A DNA stretch of 64,000 nt from Botryllus schlosseri (Eukaryota). The stretch lies in NCBI GenBank assembly GCA_051294905.1, contig CM119378.1, positions 682,001 through 746,000 on the forward strand, written 5' to 3'. The translations under genes and the position numbers were made by a program. Each line of letters starts with the position of its first letter. The first letter of the stretch is position 1. A model generated the notes under the pieces. That model was not told where the DNA came from and did not search any database. It was given only the letters and a program-made list of their open reading frames with translations. Positions 10,738 through 22,983 of this stretch are shown piece by piece.

Positions 10738-12463
10738 ATATATCAATGATATATTTGCGGCCCGCCACCTTATTTGAAATTTCGGACGAACGCTTATAGT
10801 TAAGCATTTTGAAATGCTGAAATTGATTTCGGTTTATTTTAAACTTATTGTTGTTGTTATTCAAAGTAAGCTATTGTCATGTGCCTAATATCACTATCCC
10901 TCAATAGCTGATACGACTTCGGCGTGGTAATATCATTCCATGGAGGAAGAATTTGCTGATATGAATGCCGGGCATATTGTCTAGACGTGCAATGGCCCAC
11001 CACTGCCCAGACCGAGACGCTTATATATATCATTGAACTACATCCCCTATAATAGTGAGTCAGTCAGTCAGTCAGTATGTTTTTATTCATCTCACTATCG
11101 AATGTGACAATGGAACCATAGTGTCCTATATGGTGTCGACGCAAATCTCACGGCTCAATGAAATTGGTTCACGTCATACTTTACATTCAATCAAATGCAA
11201 ATTGGCGGTGCTTTTTGACCGGCTTGCCGAGCATTAAATTTGATGCAGACCGGGTATCAATGGAAAGCTGACGCTGTACTGCTTGCAAAAATATAAATTT
11301 TATTCCGCTCATGGCCCTGGAACCCCCACAATCAGCCCCAAATTATTCATTGTTGAGCAGACTGGCAGTGTGACGCAACAGTGCTGTCTGGCGAAATGAG
11401 AGAGTAGCTCAAGAGCAAGGATGTGGCTGCCAGACATGGGGTAATCGCGATTAGTAATCGTAATCGATTACGACGATTACAGCATTTTCAAGTAATCGTA
11501 ATCGCAATCGATTACATTCGATAAAATTCCGAAGTAATCGTAATCGACTACTTCCCATATTTAATCGATTTCTTTGTGAAAGAACGATTACTGTTTATTT
11601 GTACCAGGACTATGACATAAACTGAACATTCGTGAACAAGGAATAGATATTATATATTCGTGATAGCACAAACGTCTGATTTTCAAATGCCATTGCTCAT
11701 TATTACGTCAGAAGTAGGCTATTAGCTGTGCTAGTCATTGCGTAAGAAGTGTCCACAGTAAATAGATATTCGATGTACGTACATTAGTGTGATTGCAAGA
11801 ACATCCGCGCTGTATATCAGGTTGTTCCACACGGCAGTACCTCGCAGCAAGATAATCAATTACCACTCTGCCTAGTTTAAAATGGTAACTTAATTGTGTA
11901 ATGATGTTTGGTTATGGTTAGTTAAACGCAGTTTGACTGTAGCTGCTTGGCGAGCAGTACGCCTATGTAGTACGTACACCGGACAAAGATTTGAAATTTT
12001 GTACTCATCAAATAAAAAATTACGGTTTACGCAACAGCTGCTGATATATATCGTAACCGAGCCGTTTTTGCCGTTTCTCGTAACGGCACCTTGCAGTACA
12101 TTATCTGTATCAAGTTATTCTCATATGACTCTACTTGAAACGGGCGCCAATCGTTATTTCACAATTCTTTACTCGACATTGGGACCTGTTGTCATAGCGA
12201 TATATATCATGTTAGCGTGGGTTGTAACTAGAATCAGGACCAAAACAGCAATTCTTCCCCCAATCCAAACGTTGGTATTTGGCACCCATGGGGTGATATT
12301 TTCAAGTTGAAAACTGAATTTCGTCAATAATATTGGGAATTGCAATATATTATTATTAATTTTTTATCCTCTCTCTGCCCCCAATGGTCAGATTTACCTG
12401 TAGAGCTGGGGGCACGTAATTCCTAATTATAACGTCTGGTATCTTGTTATAGTTACTTCAGAG

Positions 12464-13113
12464 CAGAGGTCTCAAACACGCGGCCCGCGGCATTTTAGAA
12501 TTTTAAGTAATCAACAATATATTCAAGTGGCATATTCTTTTTAGATATAAGAACTTGAAGTTCATCCTAAAACTACTATAAAATCACTGAAATCTCAACC
12601 ATCTTGTTTAAAATAGACAAATTAAATCAGCTTATGTAATTTGACTTTGGCAATAACAATAGCTTATACTTATCACGACTATATCAAAACCGGGATTGGG
12701 CCACACCGCTCAAATGCTCTAATATCAGATCAATTTCCAATACATTTTAACATATTCTACATGAAATCGTGGCAGGTCAAAGTACCACTAACTGCAATAT
12801 AATAACCCGACAGTCACGATGCATCCCTCTCGTATGATGTCTATAACTCATTAATTAAAAAGATTACGCTCGCCACAAAATCAATTTTATTCAAATATTT
12901 TAAAACGCGATTTTTTTCTTCGTGTCAAGTGAATAATACAATAGTCAATTACATTTCCACGATGTTTGTGAAATACCTATGTATACAAGGTCTGTCAAAT
13001 AAGGCCTACTTGAAAATTTTGCATCAACTATCCCTATTATTGATGCCGCGGCCCGCGGGGTCATCAAAAACTAGGAAATTGGCCCGCGAACACATTTGAG
13101 TTTGAGACCCCTG
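12464..13113. mobile_element. hAT (Charlie-like) MITE
   Basis: TIR CAGAGGTCTCAAAC...GTTTGAGACCCCTG, GCGGCCCGCG subterminal motifs; TSD CTTCAGAG/CTTTAGTG (6/8). Confidence 0.8.
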
Positions 13114-13256
13114 CTTTAGTGTATGTTGTAAATTCATGATCTCCGGTCTGTTATATATCAAAATATATTGTTGTATCCAAAACGTAGCAGACTATATGAA
13201 AAACTTTCTAGAGACGCACATACTAATTGTAGGCTAATGTCTTTAATGCTCTGTGG

Positions 13257-14135
13257 CAGACTTGGACAACTAGAAAATTTTCAGCGTTTCCGAATTAGAT
13301 TAGAACTAGAATTAGAGCTACACAGTTTTTTACAAATTAGATTAGAATTAGAATTAGAGCTCCACAGCTTTTTCGAAATTAGATTAGAATTAAAATTAGA
13401 GCTACAGTTTTTTTCGAATTAGATTAGAATTAGAATTACTGAATTCGCAAAAACTTGGAAATTGAATGAAATTATGATTGATAAATGAATACAGCAAAAA
13501 TCAAGTTCATTTCAAATCACAGTGCATTTACATAACCAAGAGAATGGTTAGCGTCTGTACATCAAGCTTGGCTCGTTTCGCACGATAACAGGGGTCACCA
13601 ACACGCGGCTCGCGAGGTCACATTGCGCGGCGATCTAATTAGTGATTTTGGAGGAAGGCGAAATAAAGTATCTACAAATGCTGAAGCAATCATCCTCTTT
13701 TTCTGGTGTGGTTGAGGGCATGAAAGTGAATAAGCCTGTGTTAACTATCTCTCTTTCTTTGCTGTCGATCTGTTTGTGATCGAAAATAGCATGTTGTTCG
13801 CAGACTATACAAGCTACTATGACAGCATGGCTATTATTCGTCACAATAACTACTACGACTGTACGGTGTAAGCAATGCGATGGCAGCTTGGTACTGGATT
13901 TCCCTGCGTGAGACGGATATTCTCGCTACAAAATGCCTCGGAAAAAGAGGCATTTTCAGTAAAACCGTAAATTAGATTAGAATTAAAATTAGAGCATAAG
14001 AACATTTCACAATTAGATTAGAATTATAATTAGAGCATATAAACGTGTCACAAATTTGATTAGAATTAGATTACTGGCATTCTGCTCTAATTTAGTGAAA
14101 TTAGACAACTAGAATTATCTAGTTGTCCAAGTCTG
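13257..14135. mobile_element. hAT-type MITE with AATTAG arrays
   Basis: TIR CAGACTTGGACAACTAGA; perfect 8-bp TSD CTCTGTGG. Related partial copies at about 34590-34924 and 53575-53950. Confidence 0.9.
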
Positions 14136-14375
14136 CTCTGTGGGTGCCCGGGTGGCATTTGCATTGTGGGCTCAGATTGGAAGGACCTCACTATTAGTCA
14201 CGACCACCCAGCTTCGGCTATTGACAATGGACACCTAATGGCTACCTTAAGTTTCGGCCACGCTCTTTCATTAGTAGCACACTTCGTGAACTCGCGTGTT
14301 GGTTGAAACTGCATATGTCTTTTGGTGTGTCGTGGCACGGTATTGACTGGAGCGTAAATGCCTAATACTATAAAT

Positions 14376-14783
14376 CTGGGTTGCATTTAATACAAAAATC
14401 AATTTAAAGCAAACAAGTCCCGTGTTTAAAACATGTTTTTGTTTTTGTTTTTTAAGCCATGACGTCACCAATGTGGTTTGACTCAGACAATTGAAAATAC
14501 AGGGTAAATATAGCTCCTTTGACGAAATATCTGTACTAAAACTGTTGAACCGACTATTTTGAGGGGTTCCAGCCATCCTATATCGATGTACGTCGGCTAT
14601 ATTGGGTAGTAATTGTCCGTAGGCTCATTCAACATGTTTTTGGAAAGCATTTACACAATTATGGCATAATTTTACGACTTAAAAAACACTATTTATTTTT
14701 TTTAAAGCCTTTGTTTAAAACACTGTTTAAGACATCTTTTAAACAAAGTGTTTAAACAACCACTTGTTTTAAATGCAACCCTA
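14376..14783. mobile_element. hAT-type MITE
   Basis: TIR (C/T)(T/A)GGGTTGCATTTAA; perfect 8-bp TSD CTATAAAT. Confidence 0.85.
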
Positions 14784-15494
14784 CTATAAATTATGTGTGC
14801 TTCATTATGTTGAGGGGGAGACGTATGAATTTCGAAATCAAGGTTATCTAGAGAGAATTTTCAAGTTAATTAAATCTCTCGATATTACTTTATAATTTAT
14901 GTTGGTTTACGAAATACTTTTGAGTCCCCTTCGAGCTCGCTCCCTACCATATTGGGAAATTAGGGGTGCGGCAGTCATGGACCTGGCAAGAATGCAAATC
15001 GTTGGATGTGATAAATCGTCCTCTATAAAAATGGCCAATGGGTATATTATGACGTAGCAAGCAAATGACGCATCTTTTTTAAAGGAAGGTATATAGGCCT
15101 TTTCAGCGCAATCCATATAGTCTTCACATATAACTTCTAAGATGCAAAATAAATGTAATCGTGAGTAATCGTGATTACTTTTCCAATGTAATCGTAATCG
15201 TAATCGACTACTTCCTGATTTTGCTGTAATCGTAATCGTAATCGCGTCATTCGGAAGTAATCGTAATCGCAATCGATTACATTCATGAAGTAATCACCCC
15301 ATGTCTGGTGGCTACGCGGCGAGAGTGAGATCAGCTGGCGTCGCGGCAATGGCAATGTGCAAGTGCAATCGCGTCGCAGAGAAACGCTGCGCTGTTGATA
15401 CTTTTTCTATGCGCTTCGGTACAAGCGAGCACACCTTTCGTATCTATTATTCGGATTATGCGTTCTAACTATGTGCGAAATTTAAAGGCTCTTC

Positions 15495-16181
15495 CTACAC
15501 AGTTGGATTAGTAATTTCGTTACCGAAGTCGAGTATGCTGCATTGTATAGGTGCGCTCAGCCTAGCCAATAACGGATTTTTCGCAAAAGCCGGTATCGGT
15601 CTATGTTGATTATGATTGTGTTGAATACCGAGATGAGCGACTAGCTTTCGAAGTGCATATATCTTGATGATGTCATCTAACACTTCAGCAAGTTTCAAGA
15701 TTGCCACTGCAGCAAGTTTCAAGATTGCCTCTAACTGATTAGCTAGGTAATTTAGTTATCGAAGTCGAGTATGTATTGTATAGGTGCGCAATGCGCATGC
15801 GCACAGCCTAGCCAATAACGGATTTTTCGCAAAAGCCGGTATCGGTCTATGTTGATTTTGATTGTGTTGAATACCGAGGTGAGCGACTAGCTTTCGAAGT
15901 GTATATCTTGATGATGTCATCTAACACTGCAGCAAGTTTCAAGATTGCCACTAAACTGATTAGGGTGGAAATTTAGTTATCGAAGTCGAGTATATCGGTG
16001 CGCGCAGCCTAGCGCGTAAGTGAGTATTCGCAAACGCCGCTATCGGTCTATGTTGATTTTGATTGTGTTGCGTACCCAGATGAGCGACTAGCTTCCGAAT
16101 TGTACATCTGGATGATGTCATCTAACACTGTAGCAAGTTTCAAGATTACCACTAACTGATTAGTCTAGTAATTTCGTTACC
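15495..16181. repeat. Three diverged tandem copies of a roughly 200-240 bp unit inside the Helitron-like element
   Basis: Recurring GAAGTCGAGTAT...CAGCCTAGC...TATCGGTCTATGTTGATT...GAGCGACTAGCTT...GATGATGTCATCTAACACT...GCAAGTTTCAAGATT. Confidence 0.9.
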
Positions 16182-16494
16182 AAAGGCAAATTGTTCGATT
16201 GTTGCGCTGCGACTGGCCACAGTGGCTAGATTCAGTCGAGCGTGACCTAACAATCGGAAAACGGGAGTTTCCGTTCGGTTGCCAGTGAACCCGTCCCTTG
16301 GTGAACCCGTCCCGTGAACCCGTCCCTCGGTGAACCCGTCCCTCGGTGAACCCGTCCCTCGGTGAACTCGGCCCTAGGTGAATTCCGCCCTCGGGAAAAT
16401 TTGAAATTAAGTGTATTAACAAGTATTAATATGAATTATTAAACTAATAATGTTATTATCAACTGGTTTGTCGATCTTGTAAGGTGGTCAGGGC

Positions 16495-17789
16495 CAAAGA
16501 ATGTAGAAGGACAAGAAGTGCGAGGTCATTGTGTCGTCATTTAATTGTTACGTAGGGCGTCCGCCATTTTGGTCTCAAAAGCTGCAGCGATCTGCCTTCG
16601 GTTTGCCTACAGACGCGCTCGCCGGTTCTATTAAAATTTATTTTTTGGATAATTTCACCCTTTATTTATAAAGTCCGACTATGAGTGATTAATTTATACT
16701 CCAATTAATTATTACTTCAGAGACTGGAACGAGCCTCAACCCGAGAATATATTAAAAAATTAAGAAAAGTGTTCGTGGTATCAGAGGATTTACTCAGATA
16801 TCTACACTATCAAATGTTTACATTTGATATAGAAACACTGTTGGAGCTCAAAAACTACCCATGCTTTCCAAATGAAAACTTGATTTTCAGTGCTGACATA
16901 ATTGTATCACCGGCCCATCTGCATCCAGAGGCCTGCCGTTCTCCTTTCAAAGCCTAAATCTGATCCTTGTTGAATAAAACCTTCCTACACTCCTCCACCT
17001 GTTCCTTGTCATCCGAGCTTACATGCAAGTACCAGAACTATCATAAATTGTACAATTCCGCTATTAATCACATCTGGGTATCTTGTATGGTTTTCAGCGT
17101 GTATTTGTATCGTCAAAATGCTACAATTAATTTCACAAGGATTTCGCATTACCAGCGATTTCAACCGCGCAATTTCTTCATCTTTCTCCCTGAATTTGTT
17201 CGCACTGTATTCCGCGGAACACAAGACCTAAACAGGTGAAAAGTGTGACTCTAAACTTTTAATAAAAATAATAACGCGCAATTTCTTTATCTTTCTCCTG
17301 ACACCGGCCTTGTAGCTGCAAATTGTAAGATGGGTGACTTTATATCGTAGTGGGTGGTCTATGCTGTTACAGTATATATGCGGAAAGTTACTATCGGCAA
17401 TATTGAATCTTACTAGCTCCATTTCCTGCTTCAACAGGATACAATTCGCACAAGAAGCCTTTAGGTTGAGATTCTAAATATATCGCCATATGTAGGCCTA
17501 CAATTTGGTGCAGCCCAGAAAGGAATTTTGCTGTGGTAGTCCGGGGTGATCTGAAATAAAAACGATCAGCAGACAACGAAAATACAAAAATTCACCTTGG
17601 TTTCTATGTCCAATATCCCAGTTGCGAGCGTAATCCCATAAATATCACTGCCAATATGACCGAAAACTACAGCGGCACGCATAGGTTCAGGCTGATTTTG
17701 TGGTCTTTTGAGACCAAAATGGATGCCGATGCGTAACAGTGGCGTGACGCAACAATGACCTCGCACTTCTTGTCCTTCTACATTCTTTG
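16495..17789 (-). mobile_element. P-element superfamily deletion derivative
   Basis: Perfect 37-bp TIR CAAAGAATGTAGAAGGACAAGAAGTGCGAGGTCATTG; perfect 8-bp TSD GTCAGGGC. Minus strand 16983-16855 reads KVLFNKDQI*ALKGERQASGCRWAGDTIMSALKIKFSFGKHG*, resembling the F..DQI.AL...W...TI..AL..KF..G..GY block of P/THAP9 transposases. Confidence 0.8.
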
Positions 17790-18006
17790 GTCAGGGCATG
17801 CGTAGATCACGCAGTCACGGAGTGATCAGATCACGTGATCACGATTGCGTGGTCGGCTCATTGTTGAATTTACTTGGCGAGGCGAGGCGTATCTGTTCAT
17901 GACATCGCATTGTATATTGTGTGTGAATTGTTCAGATGAAAAATATATCCCAACGATTGTTATGGCTCACATATCAACCACGCGTGGTCTGCTCGTTATT
18001 GCAACT

Positions 18007-18540
18007 GTAGGTTGAGGTGGGATGTTAGGGTTGGGTAGGGTAGGGGGGGGAGGGAGACATTAGGGTTCGGGGAGTGGGGCATTGGGTTCGGGTAGGATAC
18101 TAGGGTTGGGGGAGGTGGGATATTAGGGTTAGGGTTAGGATATTAGGGTTGCCGGAGGTGGGATATTAGGGTTGGGGGAGGGGGGATATTAGGGATGGGG
18201 GAGGGGGGTATTAGGGTTAGGATATTAGGGTTGCCGGAGGTGGGATATTAGGGTTGGGGGTGGGGGGGATATTAGGGTTAGGGTTAGGATATTAGGGTTG
18301 CCGGAGGTGGGATATTAGGGTTGGGGGAGGGGGGATATTAGGGATGGGGGAGGGGGGTATTAGGGTTAGGATATTAGGGTTGCCGGAGGTGGGATATTAG
18401 GGTTGGGGGTGGGGGGGATATTAGGGTTAGGGTTAGGATATTAGGGTTGCCGGAGGTGGGATATTAGGGTTGCCCGAGGTGGGATATTAGGGTTGGGGGT
18501 GGGGGGACATTAGGGTTGGGGTAGGATATTAGGGTTGCCG
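18007..18540 (+). repeat. G-rich minisatellite of GATATTAGGGTT-based units with a 149-bp higher-order repeat
   Basis: The same block starts at 18119, 18268 and 18417; many TTAGGG hexamers and G3-G8 tracts. Confidence 0.95.
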
Positions 18541-19294
18541 GTGAATACAAAATTTCCCGAGGGCCGGGTTCACCGAGGGACGGGTTCACGGGACGGGTTC
18601 ACCGAGGGACGGGTTCACTGGTAATCTTCCGTTCGATAGTCAGTAGTCACATTCGATAATCTCACCAATAAACACAGCATGTAAATTGGCATGGATTGAG
18701 AGACGACGGGGGACCGGAAGGTCTTAGGGTGCGATCCAGGTGACGTTTTCGGAATGATATCAAAACCAGTCGCGAAAACACGACCGTTCGAAGTGAACCT
18801 GGTTTCGGTAGTGGTTTCAAAATTACCCCATTCCGACTAGTAGTCCTCAAAATAATTGCCAAAACACTTGCCGTTCGCAGTGGTAGTGAAAACATGCCAT
18901 GCGTTCGTAGTGAGGTGTTTTCAGCATCAGACTCGAAAACTTTTGGCCTATATCAGGGGCGGGCAACTTCTCCAGTCGGCGGGCCGGATATAGGAAAATT
19001 AAGAACTTGGCGGGCCGGATTGCTGAATCGATACATTATTCGCCCATTTATCCACTTATACAAGGAATAAATCGTATTTAATGAATGTATTTTAACGACA
19101 GCAATGTAACTTCAAAGCCATTTCTCGCCAATAATGTCGAAGAAAATGTGGATTTGAGAACAGCATTGTCATACAGGCACCACTATATCTGCTTCTCTCT
19201 GATCAATCAACACACGGTGCAATTCTTAATTAAGATTTCAAGGCGTTCGATAAGCCCGGTATTCCCCAAGTTTATCAAGATATCAAGTCCTTAG

Positions 19295-19861
19295 TAGAGG
19301 TCGACCGATTATCGACCTGGCCGATTATCGCGGCCGATATTTGGACCCTTCACGATTATCGATATCGGCCTATGGAGGACGATATCTCGGCCGATATTTT
19401 GTATATGGAAAGATTCAAAAATATTGGAAATTCAATGCTCCGTGTTCTCAATCTCAAGAAATCCACGACGCAAAGGGCGATACGTTACAGATTTACCATT
19501 GCCGGATGAGTTTAAAACTGAGTGAACATGCAGAGAAACTATGCTTCCTGCATTACAACTACCTCCACTGGACTGATCTGCAATTCTGTATCGCGTTTTG
19601 CTTTTTGGGTTAGCCGAAATTTCAATGAATGTGCACAATTAAGCAACAATTATTTTTATTTCAGTTTTCTCGTTTGTTGCTCAGCTTTCTGTTGCATGTA
19701 GGTAGAAGTGCCATCTTGCCTAATATACAATATTTTTGGCAAAATAGTTCTCTGCTCCTTCCATTTTAATATCGGCCTATGATATCGGTTATCGGCCTTG
19801 TGAATGTGCCGATAATCGGTATCGGTATCGGCCTGCAAAAATCAATATCGGTCGACCTCTA
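19295..19861. mobile_element. hAT-type MITE (TATCGG arrays)
   Basis: TIR TAGAGGTCGACCGAT; perfect TSD GTCCTTAG. Confidence 0.92.
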
Positions 19862-20286
19862 GTCCTTAGTCATTAGATAGCGTGGTTGTTCACTGTTCAG
19901 CTATGTGGACTATTTTATCTCGATATTGAATTCTTGCGGCCCGCGTCTTCAACGAAATTTAAAAGTGGCCCCCGACCCGTTTTGAGTTGGCGACTCCTGG
20001 CATAAGCGGTGTCTTACAGAAGCCTAGAAGTGTGCCGTGCTACAAGTCGACGGTTACGGAATCAAAAATAAGAAATATCGGCCTCGTGTAAATGACCATT
20101 TTAGTCGACAAACACCATCATGATTACCACAAATGACATTAGGGCTATGTACATCGTAAATGCTGATAATGCAACAAGTCTTCTCGCTTCGACGGATTTA
20201 CGCATAAGCTCCACCCTCGCTCGCTGCGCAAGTGCGCATACATGTGTATAATGACATACAGTCACTAACATTTGACGTATGTAAGC

Positions 20287-21246
20287 CAGTGTTGGGATCA
20301 AGTCACTACCTTCGAGTCACGAGTCATTTCGAGTCATTGCACATTTTGACTCGAGTCAAGTCAATCGATTTTCAAAAGTGACTCGAGTCAAGTCAAGTCA
20401 CTCGATTTTTGGAGGTGACTCGAGTCAAGTCGAGTCAAGTCAAGTCAAGTCACGAGTCTAGTCACATTTCAAGTCAATTGACCCTTTCGAAGTATGTATG
20501 ATGCATGATTACGTCATTGCAATTTTCTAACTGTCCGAAATACAGTTTGAGTGGTCATTGATTCCGAAACGATGAACGAAAATAGAGCTAAATATACACG
20601 CAAGAAGGAGCTGTATCGCTCACATATACGCAGAACTGTTAAACTACGTAATTGCATAGCCTAAGCCTCAGTGTATAGTTACCAGTCAAAAATATAGAAA
20701 CGAATTCATAAGATACAATGCATTACCCATTTTCAAATAGATATGATACCATTCGAGCCTGCGCCAATGATTGAGGAATATATAAACTATATTTTACTTC
20801 AATTTCAATAAAACAAGAGGTTTGGTAAAGGTAAGAACAGAGAACAGAAATATACATTTTGCTGTTCTATTACTTTACTTCTAGAGTTACGACAACGTAA
20901 GCTGTAAGCTTCGTGTATGGTCAATTTATTTGTGAGAAAACAGTCGAGGCTCAATGAAACGCACGGTCATTAAATGATTGGTCGCTCTCACGGGTTACGC
21001 AAGCGTTTCGCGAACAATCTGAACATATGTAAGATACAGTGATTGTTATCGACAACAATTACTTGATGACTTGAAATTGACTCGAGAATTTTGCTCCGAG
21101 TCACGAGTCAATCCACATTTCTGATACGCCGGGTCAAGTCAAGTCAAGTCATTTTAGCAAAGTGACTCGAGTCAAGTCAAGTCATGCGTAAAAGGTGACT
21201 CGAGTCTGACTCGAGTCAAGTCATGACTCGAGTCATCCCAACACTG
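20287..21246. mobile_element. hAT-type MITE (GACTCGAGTCAAGTC arrays)
   Basis: TIR CAGTGTTGGGAT; perfect TSD ATGTAAGC. Related fragment at about 63550-63667. Confidence 0.92.
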
Positions 21247-21445
21247 ATGTAAGCAAGTAGTGGGAAATCTCGGATGATAACTTGGGCCGCGGGCCACATC
21301 ATCATGTAAGACGGAAAACTGTCCGCGGGCCGTATGTTGCCCACCCCTGGCTTATATCGAGACTAACGAATATGACATAAAAATTACAAAAGATAAAATA
21401 CATGAAAAATCAGAAGTAAACGTCCATGCAGAGTACTTGTATACG

Positions 21446-21879
21446 TAGGCTTACCATATTTTGGAAATCTAAAAGGGGGACACTTTTTCAGAAATTTAAA
21501 CCGGTGAATTTTTCCCACTTTGTGATCGGTTGTCCAAACAAATTTTCCGCTCAGATCTGAAAATACCGCTTTTCTCTCCACATTACCAGGTGGATGACTA
21601 AAAAGAAAAAAAAAAACAAAGGTCATCTCTTCGCTCAGAGCTAAAATTACCGTTTTTCGCTCCGAAATACCCGCGGGAGCGTCAATTCGGTGATAATTTG
21701 CGGCATATCACTCGCAATTTGCTCTAAATCTGACCTAAATTTTCAAAAAGGAGGACGTATGGTAAGCCTATACCTTACGGCCTTAAACAGCGGGACGTTT
21801 GGCTGACCGGTCGGGACGCCGGGACAAGACGTTGAAAAGCGGGACTGTCCCGCCTAAAACGGGACGTATGGTAAGCCTA
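21446..21879. mobile_element. hAT-type MITE (CGGGAC motifs)
   Basis: TIR TAGGCTTACCATA; perfect TSD TGTATACG. Confidence 0.9.
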
Positions 21880-21892
21880 TGTATACGCACTG

Positions 21893-22806
21893 TAGGGATG
21901 GTGTGAACGTGAGGTTCACGTTCGCGTTCTGTGTGTGAACCTCAGAAATTTAGAGGTTCACGTTCACGAACCTTGGTAGGTTCTGCACTGTGAACCTTTT
22001 TCAAATATACACTTTTCACTTCATTATAACATCTTTTATTGACACTTATTGTATTTCAACTGCGGGCCACTCTATGCTTGGCGCTGGCAGCATAATAAAA
22101 ACAATAAACGAGCATGTGACTCTCTGCTGTGAGCTTGACCCGCAATGACTCAACATCTAGAGCGAAATCCACTACATGTAGTCAGCGAATGATGCTTTTG
22201 CTTATTTAACCAATCAATGGAATTGATATCGTTGTCTAATGTAAAAAATCTAGCAGGGATACGGGGTCAATCTTGACTTCATATGTTTATTGTATCATAA
22301 AGACATAATCCGTGCGAATTGGCGTGTTGGCTATTCCTGTATAAATAGTTAATGGGGTAATATCTGTGGCAAGTATAGAATCCCGTTTTACACTCTGCTC
22401 AATATCAACGACGCAATACTCAGACGCCAAATACATTGTCCGGTCTGGTCTAGACCGTCGAGTCGTAGGCTTATTCCCTTGCAAGTCCTCATCGAAATTG
22501 TTGGCAAAGCGACGGGAGATATTGATTTTATGGGAATATTTTTCCATTTGATTGCCCCAGTTGATACATTTGGAGACGTTTAATACGTCAATATGTATTT
22601 CAGCATTGTGGCATTATGTGGCCCGAGTCGTCGCTATTAGGTATCGTGTAGCCTACATTAGGCTATCACTACCGAATTTTAGGGTTGGAATTAGCAATAT
22701 CACGTCACGTGACGTCATGAGGTTCACGTTCGCGTTCACACAGAACCTTTCAAAAAGGTTCGCGTTCACACGAACCTGAACCTTTCGGAGGTTCACACCA
22801 TCCCTA
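21893..22806. mobile_element. hAT-type MITE (GTTCAC/GTGAAC arrays)
   Basis: TIR TAGGGATGGTGTGAAC. Left flank ACGCACTG reappears as ACGCAGTG at about 32918-32925, displaced by the 22808-32908 insertion. Confidence 0.85.
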
Positions 22807-22983
22807 ATAGGGTTCCGGTAAATATCAATTTGCCTCTGATTCGAAGCGATAAAATCGATCCATAATAAAAACCATGATTTTTTTGCTTTTTATTATTATT
22901 TTTACTTAGAACAACTGAAACAACAACAGAACAACTGAAATAACAACAACAATGAGTTTGAGACGATTGAAAATCATCTAAAT

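Larger units (their letters stand above)
11431..15307. mobile_element. hAT-type MITE with GTAATC subterminal arrays, expanded by nested insertions
   Basis: TIR CAGACATGGGGT...CCCCATGTCTG; TSD GTGGCTGC/GTGGCTAC (7/8). Confidence 0.85.
16277..18626. mobile_element. TIR DNA transposon (non-autonomous, superfamily uncertain) with subterminal GTGAACCCGTCCC repeats and an internal TTAGGG-rich array
   Basis: Ends GGTTGCCAGTGAACCCGTCCC / GGGACGGGTTCACTGGTAATC; perfect 8-bp TSD TTCCGTTC (16269-16276, 18627-18634). Confidence 0.85.
11043..18646 (+). mobile_element. Probable non-autonomous Helitron-like element (about 1.36 kb after removing two nested insertions)
   Basis: Starts A|TC with a (TCAG)n microsatellite near the 5' end. 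Removing the 16277-18626 insertion reconstitutes the 3' hairpin AACGGGA-GT-TTCCGTT, followed 13 nt later by GTAG|T (degenerate CTAG|T). No TSD. Confidence 0.5.
18954..21349. mobile_element. hAT (Charlie-like) non-autonomous element carrying two nested MITEs
   Basis: TIR CAGGGG(C/T)GGGCAAC; TSD GCCTATAT/GCTTATAT (7/8). Confidence 0.85.

Noticed and set aside
13168..15355. Low-complexity ORFs (RLELELEL, RLRLRL, DYDYDY)
   Set aside because: Translations of MITE subterminal hexamer arrays.
15495..16400. Tandem and subterminal repeats as a CRISPR-like array
   Set aside because: No unique spacers of constant length, no cas genes, eukaryotic context.
18007..18540. True telomere or chromosome-fusion scar
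   Set aside because: TTAGGG is embedded in composite units on one strand only, with no head-to-head CCCTAA array, and lies inside a TSD-flanked element.
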